NCBI GenBank assembly: GCA_023231475.1
Contig: JALJEE010002013.1
Span: 1 to 64,000, forward strand
Direction of reading: 5' to 3'
DNA length: 64,000 nt
From: Seison nebaliae
Lineage: Eukaryota
Shown: positions 24,832-38,600 of the stretch, one piece after another
How positions within the stretch are numbered: the first letter of the stretch is position 1
Layout of the letters: every line of letters starts with the position of its first letter
Translations under genes and position numbers: made by a program
The notes under the pieces: model-generated
Told to the model about the DNA's origin: nothing
The model's database searches: none
The model's input: only the letters and a program-made list of their open reading frames with translations

Positions 24832-26504
24832 ATGAGTATGATATGTGCGATTAGTAGTGAAGTGCCGGAAAATCCTGTCGTTTCGGTAGTTAGTGGAGCA
24901 GTTTTTGAGAAACGACTAATTTTGCAACATGTCAAAAAATGTGGAACTGATCCGACTAATGGAGAAGTGTTGAGTGAGGAACAATTGGTTGAGATAAAAG
25001 GAGTGAAAAGTGTAAAAGCGAAAGCACCAACTGCAACTTCTATTCCATCATTATTGAAAACGTTTCAAGATGAATGGGATTCATTAATGCATCATAATTG
25101 TAATTTACGTCAACAATTACAAATAGCAAAAGAAGAATTATCACATGCACTTTATCAACATGATGCTGCATGTCGTGTTATAGCACGATTGAATAAGGAA
25201 TTAATTGCTGCACGTGAAGCATTATCACAATTGAAACCATCATCATCTGCTAGTATTTCGAGTGGAACGATACATAATGAAATGAATCTGACGAAAGAAA
25301 CGAATGAATCAGATGAGACGACACAAATGATGGATGAAGAAATGAAAGAAATTAATATAGATCCCAATAAATGCGTTTTTACTGATGAGGAACGTTTGAA
25401 ATTACAGGAATTATCAGATACTTTGTCAAAAGGTCGAAAGGGACGAAAGAGATCAGAAAATTATGCGACACCAAAACAAATTAGTTCATATGAAGTCATT
25501 CATTCCGAATCAGCTATTCATCAATCGGCAATTCCTGGAATTTTGACTATGGATACATGGAAAGCTAATCCATCTTTTGTCGCTACTGGTGGTGCTGATC
25601 GAGATTGTTTAATTTATAATTATGATAAGAAAGAGATCGTGGCGAAATTGGAAGGACATACAAAGAAAGTTTCCACTATCGGATATCATCCAACGAAGAA
25701 TTTCGTTATTTCTGGATCAAATGATCAAACAATGAAAGTGTGGGATGTGGAGAAAGGAATATGTGCACATACTTCCAACTTCCATAAAGCTCCCATTATT
25801 AGTCTTTCTGTTCATTCGATTGGTGATTATGTTTTAGCGGCAGATAATCAAAATAATTGGTCATTTAGTGATTTCAATACTGGTCGTCTATTTGCCAAAC
25901 AACATGACGATGAATGTTCTCATTTCAATGATAAAATAACATGTGCCAAATTACATCCAGATGGTGTAATTTTTGCATTAGGCACCGAATCATCCGATAT
26001 ACGATTGTGGGAATTGAAAACAGGACGTATGGTCACATCATTCCAAAATAAATTGGAAGCAGTAACTGCTTTGGCATTCTCAGAGAATGGTTTAATCTTT
26101 TAATTATTTTATTTTATTCCAAATTATCTTCAGGTTATTATGTGGCATCGGCATTGAAGAATGGCGTTGTGAAATTGTGGGATTTGAGGAAATTGGCCAA
26201 TTTCGCCACAATCAACATTGAAAATGATTTCCAGATTAATGATATTTGTTTCGATAATTATGGATCATATCTTGGTATAAATGGAACTCGATTATTGTTA
26301 GTAAATTTTATTAATTTTCTTCGTTTCAATTAATTCATTTGCAGAGTTTATGGATCACTCCAACGTCCAATACAAGTTGCCGATTTCAATATTCACACTG
26401 CCAATGGAACGGCAGTGAGATTTGGACCTGACGCTCAAACTTTGATCTCCACCAGTCTTGATCGTTCATTGAAAGTGTTAGGAATGAAATCGGAAGACAA
26501 TTAG
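24832..26504 (+). CDS. PRPF19: Pre-mRNA processing factor 19 (U-box, coiled coil, WD40; 3 exons)
   Basis: CAISSEVPENPVVS..FEKRLI (U-box), SIPSLLKTFQDEWD, ELSHALYQHDAACRVIARL, WD40 repeats. Introns 26090-26133 and 26297-26344 restore FSENGYY and ..STSLDRSLKV; stop TAG 26502-26504. Confidence 0.97.
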
Positions 26505-26857
26505 AGTATATCATTCTTATCTTTCTCATTACTTGTTGTCATATTATTGATGAGAAGATTTAATCTTATTATGAATAAACTCTATTTTCTATCTGTTAAT
26601 GTTAAATTGAATGTTAAATAAAATTCGTTTTTCTCAATATTAAAAATTTGTTCATAATTCATTTCCATATGATAATTTATCAGTGGTTAACATAATGAAA
26701 TTTCTTCAGATATAAACAGGAAGGAAAATTGTTTAATAAAAATTATTAAAAAAAATTGCAGTAATTTAGTGACGTGATTATCAAATATAAAAAGAAAAAA
26801 ATATTAAAAAAATTTTAAAAAAGTTTTACCAATATTATTCCAATTAAGAATTTAATT

Positions 26858-28053
26858 CTAAATTGGTAATTCGGAAGGTTGTTCTTCTTCGGTTGGAAGA
26901 GGTTCAAGTCTAATTTCCGGTACTTGTTGAACATAGTCGGAAGCGGCCGAATCGACTTCATTAAAATGATCGATATTGGAAGAATTGTGATTATGCGTCA
27001 TTAAAATATCATTGACGCACATGGCTGATGTAATCATAATTGCTAATAAAGAGATGATCTGAAATTAGAAATTTTATATTGTCAATTTTGTGATAAGAAG
27101 AAATTGAACCATAATAATTGCGACGATTGAAAAAGTGATGATTGAGAAATGACAACTTTTTCGATACTCTTTTCTCGTTTCGTTTATAATAGTTATTTCA
27201 TCTATCTATTTTTTAAAAAATGTTTGAATTGAAAAATGATTTATATCGAACTAACTGGACATGAAATAAATTTTTGTAGATCAATATTTGTTGTTCTCGA
27301 ACAAGTTTTGAGATCGCTAGCACGATTCTTGCAACATTCATGTTCTCCATCGGCCGAACATCGATACTAAAAATATAGTTAGTTTTTATTAAAATAAATT
27401 GAACACTGAAATAAGTTAAGGATGTCATGATGGGACATACCGAACGAATATTCGATTTTCTATTGAAGAATTAAGAAGGAAATGATTATTCTTCTGATTG
27501 TTTATGGTGTGAGATCTAACTCGTTTAACGAATCATCATATTCTTTCACCAATTGAGGGACGACTGTGGTGACGGTATTTTCCGTTTGTTGATATCGACA
27601 GAATTCATATGAGAAACATGTAAAGATTAACAATGTCGTTGTAATCATGAATGTGACGACAATGATAACGATGAATGAGATTCGATTTGAGCGAGTAATA
27701 GCACAAAAGATCCATGGAAGAATGGCAATGTTCAATAAGGAGAATGTGCACATAATTGGTAATAATAATGCATAAATTCCAGTCTAATGAAAGAGCGTTT
27801 AAAGAAGATTTTGAATTTTTATAACTTGCAATTGAAATCGGAATAAATGCCACATGCGTGTTGATGGCGAATGGATGTACATGAAAATACAATATCCAAA
27901 AGTGATGATGGAAACAAACTAGAAATTCAATGATTTTTTCATTTCGTCCATAATATTCAATGTAACCACCAAACATATAATAAATGTGATGTGCAACAAA
28001 CGAGCTCTTTGTTTTTTTTCCATTGATCGTCGTTCGCTCGCACGAATCCTCAT
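26858..28053 (-). CDS. Divergent four-TM tetraspanin-like membrane protein (multi-exon)
   Basis: Spliced reading gives three hydrophobic segments (HITFIICLVFVSIITFGYCIF; GIYALLLPIMCTFSLLNIAILPW; ISFIVIIVVTFMITTTLLIF), a Cys-containing loop (RCSADGEHECCKN..TC..SCP), a fourth TM (FSIITFSIVAIIM..) and an acidic tail. Some internal junctions are uncertain. Confidence 0.55.
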
Positions 28054-28217
28054 ATTTACACTAATATCAATATGATGATATTAAGTAATCCGAATGAAAT
28101 TCTTATTCGTCTATTTGAAAAAGTTGAATTATGAATGAGTTCCTCTTGTTCATTTAATATATAGTATGATATATCGCTCGTTAATTTTTATTACCAGCTG
28201 AATAAAAATCGTAGATC

Positions 28218-28231
28218 GTTACTATGGCAAC
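28218..28231. promoter_or_regulatory. RFX X-box
   Basis: GTTACTATGGCAAC, a near-perfect X-box 165 bp upstream of the ATG at 28053. Confidence 0.7.
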
Positions 28232-28306
28232 GAAGAGGGGTAGAAAAAAATATGCTTATTTTGACATTCTCTTCTCCATATGTCTCAATGTTCTAAAAGA
28301 GAATTC

Positions 28307-29041
28307 TTATCCATTCACAAAATAGTATACCGTTCCCATGTTTAATGATGAATGAGAAGGTGAAGACCTTTTCTTTTTACCATATCCATTATTTCTATGC
28401 AAAACACAACTAATCTCGTTAAAAGATCTATTTGAATAGCTATTAAAATTTTCGATTCTCATTTGAATACTAAAAACAATTTTAACGACTCTTTTCATTT
28501 CACATCTGAAATATTTCTGACATTTCTCGTCTACTTTACGTTGTAAGTCTACTAAAATTACTGAATTCTTCTCTTCAAAATTTACGAGTTAACTGACATT
28601 CGTTTAACAAATTAGAAATAATTTAGAAGAGTTAATGGATATTTAAGAAGCAAAAAATTATTAATTTCTATTCAATGTTTACTCCAAATTTCATTTTGAT
28701 ATTCATCTGAAACAAATGACGATTGAGTTCGTCGTTCTTCGATTCCTCCCCAACATTCTTGTAGATGTCTTCGATTTTCTCTTTCATTCTCTTCTCCCAA
28801 TCATCTGAATTTTCTTTCGATAATTTAGAACTCTCTTTCAGAAGTAATGAGAAGAAGAATCTCACTGAATCGTTTATTCCTTTATTATAAATATATTCTT
28901 TCGTATTGATAGTTGCTTCTCGTATCGCCATCTAAAATTCAATAATTTATTTAAATTTATCAGAAATCAACTAACAGTTCTCATCTCAGAAATTACTCGA
29001 TTACTATCCGATTTCAGTTCTTCATCCATTTCCATTTCCAT
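28307..29041 (-). CDS. Small hypothetical protein (spliced; 3' end uncertain)
   Basis: ATG 29041 exon MEMEMDEELKS..EMRT joins in phase 0, via a GTTAGT..TTTTAG intron, to ORF 28668-28931; a further open exon lies at ~28307-28570. Confidence 0.4.
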
Positions 29042-29596
29042 CGTCGATATTTCTATTCAAACTCATGATATATATTTCTTCATTTTATTTCCATCTCCTT
29101 CATTCTCTTTCTCTCTCTTTTCATTCATCCATTCATCTCTTCTTTCTCTAATTCATCTCTAATAAACAATTTGATATTTTAGTTTAGTGAAATGTCGTTT
29201 CATATTATTAATACTGAAAAATTTATTAGTGTCAATTATTCTGCGACTAACAATAAAAAGTATTTGTAAGCAATAAAAATGTTGTGTAAAAAAATTTTAG
29301 AAATAAAATGTTTATTATATCTCGATAATTAATATTAAATAAATTTGCAAGAAATTTCTGAAAAATTTTCGAAGGAAATTTCTACTAATCAAAGTCAAAA
29401 GAAACTTATATAAGAGACTTGCGAAGGAAATGAAAAACATAAAATTCTCTGTCGCTGATTCCGTTGTCATGGTGAACTTTATTAAAAATTAGTTGACTAT
29501 TGACGGAATGGATTTGATATGAAATCGTTGTTTAAAGAAATCGAAAATCTTTCTCCAAAACTTTTATTCCATTCACACAAATTTCTTCCATACAAA

Positions 29597-32500
29597 TTAT
29601 TTTTTTTTCGATATTTTCTTTTTCAACGAATTCTTACTCGAATTTTTTTTCTTTTTTGATGCGTAAAAGTCGTCGACATAATCGGCATCATCCGTATCGT
29701 CATTCATAAATCCGTCATCTTCCAAATCATCATCGAAATCATCGATTTTTTTATTAGATCGATGAACATTGGAGGAATATCGTTGACGACTATTTCGACT
29801 ATTCGCACTTTCTACGTCACTATCATCTTCTTCGTCATCATCATCATCCTCATCGAATTTAGGTTGATATTGAACGATATGTTGTGATAAAGTGTTGGGA
29901 ATATAATCGTCTTCATTATCAGAAGATATTTGATTCTTTTTCAATTCATCATTTCCCATCATCATTTTATCGTTCTCATCATCATCATCATCATCAGTGA
30001 TTTGTTTTAATTGTTTTTCATGAATATGTCGTCCATCTTTGAACAATTTCCATAAAACGATCGAATCTTTGAAAATGAGAGATTTGTCTTCATTATAAAT
30101 TCTCGCATTTTCACACATTAATTTCACATCATATTCAATATCATCCATCGTCTCATAACGACCACTTTGAATACGTTTCTCTATTCGAAAAATATCAATT
30201 GGTTGTTGAATAATCTGATAATAATCTGGAAGTTCATGTTTAGATGGTAATTTATAAAAAGCATCAGCTGGTCGATGTTCATCATTGGCATGATATTTCT
30301 TCATGAATTTTATGATATCTGTCATGATATGAGTAAGATCATTTATCTTTCCTGTTGTTCTTAATGTCTTTCTTGATCGTTTACATTCGGTAATGGATTG
30401 ATTCATTTGAATTTGTTTTCGTTTTCTCATATTACTCGAACGAGTTGATAGAATTGAGGAGGATGATGAAGATTCTCTTCGATTATTTATTTTCTTCTTT
30501 TTTCGATTACGTCCAATTTTTGATGGTTGATCAATATCTTCTGAATCATCAACTAATTCATTAAGAAATGTATCATCGGTACAATCTTCATTATAAAGAA
30601 CTTTCTTTCGTTCTCTTTTCTTATCTTCTTTTCCAATTGATTTCAATTTATTTAAATAATCATCATTTCTTAACATCCAATCAGGTAATTCATTCATTAA
30701 AATTAATCGACCTCGTCCACCTAATTCCAATTTGGTTCGTTCTTCAATCTCTTTTTCAACTCTCTTAAAAATTTCCACTTCTGATTCATGTCTCAATATC
30801 ATCTGATTAATTTGTTCATCATCTGGTACTGGATCTTCTTCGTCATCTTGTTGTAATTGATCATGAATAATCTGTGCTAAGAATTGATGACGTTCTTCTG
30901 CTGTTGATTTCTGATCGAATTTTCCTGCTTGAATTACTTTTTGATCGACATTCAATTTGAAACGAGCTGCTTGTAAAATTCTTTCTTCAACTGAATTTAC
31001 TGTCATGAGACGAAGAACTCGAACTTCATTCTGTTGTCCAATTCGATGTGCACGATCTTGAGCTTGCAAATCTTGATGAGGATTCCAATCCGAATCGAAA
31101 ATGATGACAGTATCAGCACTTTGTAAATTGAGTCCCAATCCTCCCGCTCTTGTCGATAAGAGGAAAATGAAATAATCATCTTTGGGATTATTGAATTTGG
31201 CTAACATATCTCCACGATCTGTACTACGAGTCGTTCCATCTAATCTCAAATAACGGAATTTTCGATAATGGAAATAATCTTCGATGATTGTCATTGTCGC
31301 TGTCATTTGACAGAATAATAAGACTTTATGATTCGACGCTTTTAATTTTGGTAAGAGACGATCTAATAACTCAAATTTACCAGATGCACGATATAAATCA
31401 GCACCAGATAATTGATAACCTTTTTTCTGCATTTGACCCACAATCGCTTCTTCAATATTAGCGAACATGAATGGATGATTACAAATTTTTCTTAATTGCA
31501 TAATAATATTCATTAATCTCTTTCCACCAGTTTTCGCTGCATTCGATTTAGTTGATGCCATATCGTCGGTTAGAAGAACATGAGAATTCTGCATATGAAC
31601 ATAAAGTTGTTTCTGCAAATCTGACATGTTACATTTGATCACATATTCTACTTTATCTGGTAATTGACTCTCTACTTCTTTCTTTAATCGTCGAAGAAGA
31701 AATGGACGAAGAACTTTGTGAAGACGACGAATTATTAACAATGTCTCTTCTTGATTTAATTCCATCTTTTCTCCAGTATTAGCAAATGGAGAATTAAACC
31801 ATTGTTCAAAAGTAGAAACTGATTGAAAGATTGATGGTAAAAGGAAATTCATCAATGACCATAATTCCGGTAATTTATTTTGTAATGGTGTTCCTGTTAA
31901 TAATAAACGATGATCGGCAGTATAATTGGATGAGAGAATAATAGTTAATTTACATTGATGATTCTTCATACGATGTCCTTCATCAATTATCATATATTTC
32001 CATTTCGTTTTACTTAATGTCGTTTTATCTTTAATAATATAATCAAATGTTGTTAAGAGAACGTTGAATTTACCCGTTTTCAATTGTAATGATATTTGAC
32101 GACGTTCTACTGGTTTCCCACGATAAGCTACTACCATCACTTTAGGTGCCCAACGTGCAAATTCATTCTCCCAATTTGATAATGTTGATAATGGAACAAT
32201 GATGAGATATGGACCATTAACACGTTTCTTCTCCATCAAATATGTGATGAGTGCTATCGTTTGAATCGTTTTTCCCAATCCCATTTCATCAGCTAATATT
32301 CCATTCAAATTATTATTATATAATGAAATCAACCATTCTAATCCTTTCACTTGATATTCTTTTAATGATCCACCTTCTAATATGATAGCTTGTTCTGTTA
32401 CTGATTCATTTATTCGATGAGCAACCGCATAATATGATATAGGATCATGATCTGATTTCACCATTTCTTTTACTTCTTCAACTATTTTCGTTTCATCAAT

Positions 32501-35152
32501 CTCTTCTTCTAAACGGACGTCATTAGGATCAGCATCAGGATCAAATGAATTACTTAAAATTGTGGCAGGTGTTTCATCAGTACTATCTAGATAAATTGGT
32601 TGCCATTCTTCATTATTTAACCATTTTTCTTTTTCACTTTCACTCATTCCCTCCACTGATTTGATTTGAGATGAATTAATTTTATTAATGAAATGAAGAA
32701 TTCGATGAATAGATTTATTTTGTATTGATGATTCTTGTTGAGATAAATTATTTTGAGTTTTATGACGTGGTGGTTGTTTCTTCTTCACCATAAGTGTCTG
32801 ATGTTGTTGAACAAGTTTAGTGAGTGATCCAACATATTCATCCGTTTGTTTCAATAAATATGCTAATCGACGATCTTTTTCTTGATCAATCAATTTCATA
32901 TATCCATTCTCATCAGCATCAATTAATTTCTTTATTCTTTCTCGTTCTAATCGTTCTGCTTCCTTCTTCTGTTCACGTTCAATAGCAGCATGATGAGCAG
33001 CTGCTGATTTCACAACTTTCGCTGCTTTCACTGTCATTAATTTAGTTCGTTCTCGAATCATTTTCGTTTGTTGAATTATTGCCATCAAAAATTCTTGACG
33101 TTGTTGTCGTTCTTCATAATCTTTCTCTTCATTTAATCGTCTTTCATATCGTTCGATAGAACGAACATCTTTCAATGTCTGATCTTTAATTCGAACGTAT
33201 GAATTGGGCGAATCTCGATTGAATGGTCGAGTTCTCGAGAAATATGATACGAGTAATCGTCGTCGTAATGATTCTTGACGTTTACGTAATGATAATGCTT
33301 TCTCTTCTAATTTCGATAGAAGAACTTCCTCTTGAAAAAAACGAACATCATTATTATAAGAATAATATGATGGTGATTGTTTCTCTTCATCTGAACGTTT
33401 CTTTCCTTCTAATTTCAATGCTTTCTCTTGATGTTCAATCTCTTTCTCTATAATTAATTGTCTTTCATCCAAAATTAATTGTAAATCAATTCCTTCAGGA
33501 TATACATCAGATGGAACGAATAATTCAATACTTTCTTTCAAATGATCACCAAAATGAATTGGTGGTCCTTGAACGATCGCCATTTTACTAACAACATTCC
33601 TCTTCAACATTTGTTGATGAGAATATTGTTGTTTAATTTGTGGATTCGATTGAGATATGGAAATTGTTTTCTCATTCTCATTTTGTCCAGTCATCATCGA
33701 ATTTCCAATAGTTGTCGTTATGGTGGTAAGAGGTGATTGTGGAATTGAATTATGATTACACGAATAATCGTTACGGTGAGAAATGGAACGAGACATTGGA
33801 ACCGTTTGAGAGACGGCCATTTTTGGAGAAATAACGTTACCAATTGTTGTCGTTAATTTTGGGAGAACATTCAATTGTGATTGTTCATTTTGAGGTGTCT
33901 GAGAGAGAAGTGAAGTTTGACTTGTCGTATCACTCAAATAATTCTCTGATATCTGATTCTCTGATGATGATAGTTCGATATTATCCATTTCGTCACTTTT
34001 CACCGTTCGATTAATGAGTGGAGGATTTCTGGAAATTTTATAGAAAGAAAAAATGATTTAGATTAATACCGAATTTTTTTTTTTTGTAATGCAAACAATT
34101 ATATATATTTCATTTCAATTCAATTTTTATATCTATTCTTATGTTCTACTCGTGAGATCATTATAGAAAAAAAAAATTTAAATTTCTGTTAAAGTTTTTT
34201 TTGTATAAAATTCTCTACAAACAATTCTCCCAATGAAATGAGAGTGGTGGAGGAGATGGATCGTATAAATAATGGAATGAATGAAGTTTACACCAAATAA
34301 TTTTCTTATTTACAATTCGAATTTCTTTAGAATTTTTAGAAATATTATTCTCTTTTACTCCCTTCATCTTCTGTTCTATGTGAATAATGGAAGAAAAGAA
34401 AATAACTTTTGTTCATTCTGATTCATTGACACTTGGAGATCTTTCATTGGACTTGTCATTTTGGTTGGTATCTGTTGACAAATCTGAACTTTATTGGGAG
34501 TAGTTGATGGATTTTTCATTTGTAGGAGATGATCTTCACTGAATAATTGATTCATCCAATTCTGTAATTGAAGGAGAAATTGTTGGAATTGGAATTCGGG
34601 ATGACAACACAATTTCGTATAAATGAAAAGTTGAGTATAAATGATTTGATGGAGGAGAGCAAATTTATATGATTTAACAGTAGACGAACAATTATTAATA
34701 GATGATGATGATGGTTGTATTATTGGTAATGGTGTTGACGGTTGATGAATCAGATGTGATGGTTGTGTCATCTGTCCAATAGGTTGCATGTTCGCCGACT
34801 GATTAGACAAATAAGAGAATTGTTGATTGTTTAACATTTGCATTGACGGTTCCATCTGATAAACAAGACGATTAACTTGTCGTTGTTGTTGTAATTGATA
34901 TTTTCCCAACATAATATTGGGTGACATTCGTGTAGATGTTACTTGTATATTTGGCAATTGACCATAAACCATATTTGATGTAGAAAATTTCATATTCATA
35001 TTCATATCCATCAATGTCGTTGTTATTGTTGTTGGTTGTTGTGAATGAAATTGATGTTGTTGTGATGATTTCACATCAGTCTCATTAAAAGAAGTTGAAG
35101 GAGATGAATATTGTTGTTCCATTATTTTCTCTTCTTCTTTTCTTCCTTCCAT
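29597..35152 (-). CDS. SMARCA4: SWI/SNF ATPase Brahma/BRG1 (HSA, SNF2 helicase, bromodomain)
   Basis: HSA region, GILADEMGLGKTIQ, IIDEGHRMKNH, LLLTGTPLQN, LSTRAGGLGLNLQ, QAQDRAHRIGQ, bromodomain DYYQIIQQPID..NARIYN. Q-rich first exon (ATG 35152) joins via phase-2 intron 34029-34406. A single invertebrate SMARCA2/4 co-ortholog is likely. Confidence 0.95.
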
Positions 35153-35547
35153 TCTAATTCTATTAAACAATTTTTAATTTTATTCTTCCAATTATCTTCT
35201 TCGACATAAGACTTCAAACGATTTTAATTAATTGTCAGTTGCATTTTAAATTGTGCCTATCATTTAGAAGAAAGTTTTATTCGACAAAATTTTACTTCAA
35301 TTTTTTTCTTAATTTAATCCAATTTCATTTTGATAACCGTTTAAATATGATTCATCATTATCTCCTTCATGTACCGATTACAATGTGCACAAATCGAATC
35401 GATTCGTTCTGTACTCAATTTCTGTTCTGGAGACACGAGAAGAATTAATCGATAAATTTCCATTAATTTCTCTTTTAAGCTTAAATTCAACATAATTTAC
35501 TTTCATCAATTTCACACAAATTCCATTTTATCCCGTCTCTTTGGACA

Positions 35548-35600
35548 GTTGCTAAGCAATATTCTCCTCTAAAAAAGATCAGAACTCGTTGCTATGTATC
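35548..35600. promoter_or_regulatory. Two RFX/X-box-like sites upstream of RPGRIP1L
   Basis: GTTGCTAAGCAAT (35548) and GTTGCTATGTATC (35588), starting 116 and 76 bp before ATG 35664. Confidence 0.5.
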
Positions 35601-35663
35601 ATAGATGCCATAAAATCGTCGTCTGAACATTTCACTTGTCAATTAGTTGATTCCATTTGAAAA

Positions 35664-38600
35664 ATGTCCCGGGAACGTTATGCATCAAATCGAAATGAGA
35701 TTCTCAGTTATCATTTATAAGACATCATTCTTATACATCTCCATTAGGTGCTCGTTATCGCTCCTCAAAAATCGCACAGCCCGTCGCTCATATGGATCGA
35801 GTAGATCTCGAAGAAGAATTTATCAAATTGAAAAATGAGAATTTAGAATTGAAGAAACAAATTAAACAACAGGAAGAAAAAATCCGAAAGTTCTTGAACT
35901 GATTTCCTAATTTTTCTAATAAATACATTTCCCCTTTTTATTAGAATGGCAACAAAATTAATAAAACTTGCTCGCAGTTATGAACATTTACCGAAAAGTT
36001 ACTTAATATAGTATTAAATTAATTGAGAATTTAATTCGGATAATTCTCAGGTTCGAATGTCGACATCGAATTACAACGAGATAATTTGGAGAAAGCTTAT
36101 TTGAGAATTGAAGATTTGGAACGACAAAATCAACAAATGAGAGAGAAAGTTTTCTAAATCAACTTTAATGAAATAATGTCATTGGATAGATATCGTCATT
36201 GAATGATCACATAACATCAACCAGATTAGGTTCATCAAATTCCACATATTCCAAAGTGGTTGCCCGAATCGACACCGTTTTCATTTTCCTTTTCGATCTC
36301 TCTACAATTTCAAAAATAAAAGGGTTTAAAAAAAGGAAGAAATCGTGGATTATCATCATCTAGATTATCCTCCGCCAGGTATTTTCATTTCATCAAATCT
36401 TTTTCAATTCAATAAATTCCATCCAAATTTTTTTGTGAAAAACCAAAAATTTTTCCAGACTCAATCCAGATTCATTGTCTCGATGTACATCATATTTAAA
36501 TTGCACAAATAACTCTGTTGTCTCTTCACACCATACACGTGATATGGAAACTTTATCGTAAGTGATTCACTCTCTAACATTAATTTCATATGTTTTTTCA
36601 GTTCTCCTTTTTTCTGTCGTCATTTCTCTCAACATTCTCCTATTCCATCATAATTCTTTTTCAATTTCTTTTCAGATATGACGCTTACAGTGACCGTGAA
36701 TTAGATGGCAAACAAAATCTCCAACAAATGTATGAAGAACTTTCTTTACAAAATCGACAATTGTTTCTCAATTCATCACTCGTTTCATTCCTAATCTCTT
36801 TTTCTTCTTCTTCTCCAGAGAAGATGATGTGATTATGGCAAATCAGGAATTAAAAGCGAATGAACAAACTCTCAAATTACTTCAGCAAGAATTGGAAAGA
36901 AAAGAAAAAGAACATCGTCAAGAAATGGAACGGATACAACAAATTATTAATATCGACGGAAAAAAAGATTCGGAAGGGAATGTTCAATTAATTCGATTGC
37001 AACGTGAAGTCCGAGAGAAAGATAATCGAATAACAATGTTGCAACAACAATCAAATCAATTTCAAGACGTTTTTTTTGACTTTCTCCAACTATAATAAGA
37101 TTTTCGTTTTAAGAACAATCGAGTAGTTAATGAAACAAATGAGAAATTATTGAAAGAAATTGATCAATTGAATCATTCGTTAAAAAATGAGAAACTCAAA
37201 ATAAGTGAACGACAGACTGAAATGTCTGATAAATCGATTGCGCCATCAGCCTTAGAAAATTCGGTTGAGTGAATTTGATTTCCATTAATTTTTTTTCAAT
37301 TTAAAATACTTTTTAGTTACGGTACGAATTAGAGGACGTGAAAAAAGAGAATGAGATTCTGAAAGAAACTAATGGGAAACTGATGAGTAATGCCTTCAAT
37401 TTACAACGTGAAACGGAATTTCGTGAGCGCGAACGACTCTTAAAATTGCAAGTGGCTCAATTAGAGGGAACGTTGAAATCTGATTTGGAAGAAAAAACAA
37501 AAATTTTAGAGGATTTGAAAAATGAGAAAAGTTTTAAATTTTTTGAGAGTTTAAAACTGAACAAAAATCTCCTTACAAATTCTTTGTTAGTGAATTTCAC
37601 GGAATTGAATGTCACCAATCAGGAATCTCAATTGAAATATTTACGAATGAAAGAAGAGTATGATGAATTGAAAGAAAAACTAAATTTTTTTGAATCGGTT
37701 TTCATTTAGTTCTCGTTTTCAGAAATTGTTTTTACTAAAAATTTATGTCTAATTGATACTTAACAATTGTGATTTTAGAAGAGTGCAATAGACGAAAAGG
37801 ATTTGGAGGAAGCACTTCTCATCATTCGAGAGAAGAGGAAGAATAATTGTGAAATTGTAGAATCGATAATTGATTCATCTGATCAACGAACGACGACATT
37901 ACAGGAAAGATATACAGAATTAGAGATCCAATTCACCGAAACGGTAAGTGAATTAGAAAAGACAAGAGATTTATTACAAACTCAACACGACATCAATCGA
38001 ACTTATCGTGATGAAATGAAAAAGGTGGAAGAACAATCGATGGTCGGTAAAGAAAGATATGATCGTGGTATTTTAGAGTATGTAGAGAAATTAGATAAGA
38101 AGAATATTAGAATCTCTCAATTGGAGAAACAGTTGAAAGATATTGCTTATGGAACTTATTATCCTCGAAAATTGGCGTTTAATGAGAATGATTTGAAGAA
38201 TGATTTGGCCCAGGGTGAGAATGTCATCGAAATTCAAATAATCGAAGCAAATATTTCAGACGAAGGCAATTCCATCATGCAAATAGGAAATCCCTCAACT
38301 TTCATTTCTATTGACTTCTATCAACACCCAACACAATATACACCGATCGTTGTTGGACGAGAGTTTCTTTTTCTTTACTAAATTTTCATTTCAAACATTT
38401 TTTTTAACCAGTCCAAAATATAATTTCGTTGCACAATATGTTGTCAATGTTGACGATTTTTTAATCAAATATCTGATGACGGTTAATCATCTTATTCTTC
38501 GATTGGACTTTTAATAGAATTGATAATTAAATTGGTGAAAATTTTCGATTTTCTATCATAATTAATTTCTAAAGGAAAAATTACGACTTGTTCTCTTACA

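Noticed and set aside
30568..33736. Short antisense ORFs inside SMARCA (and similar ones inside other long CDSs)
   Set aside because: Shadow ORFs of the coding strand with no recognisable motifs.
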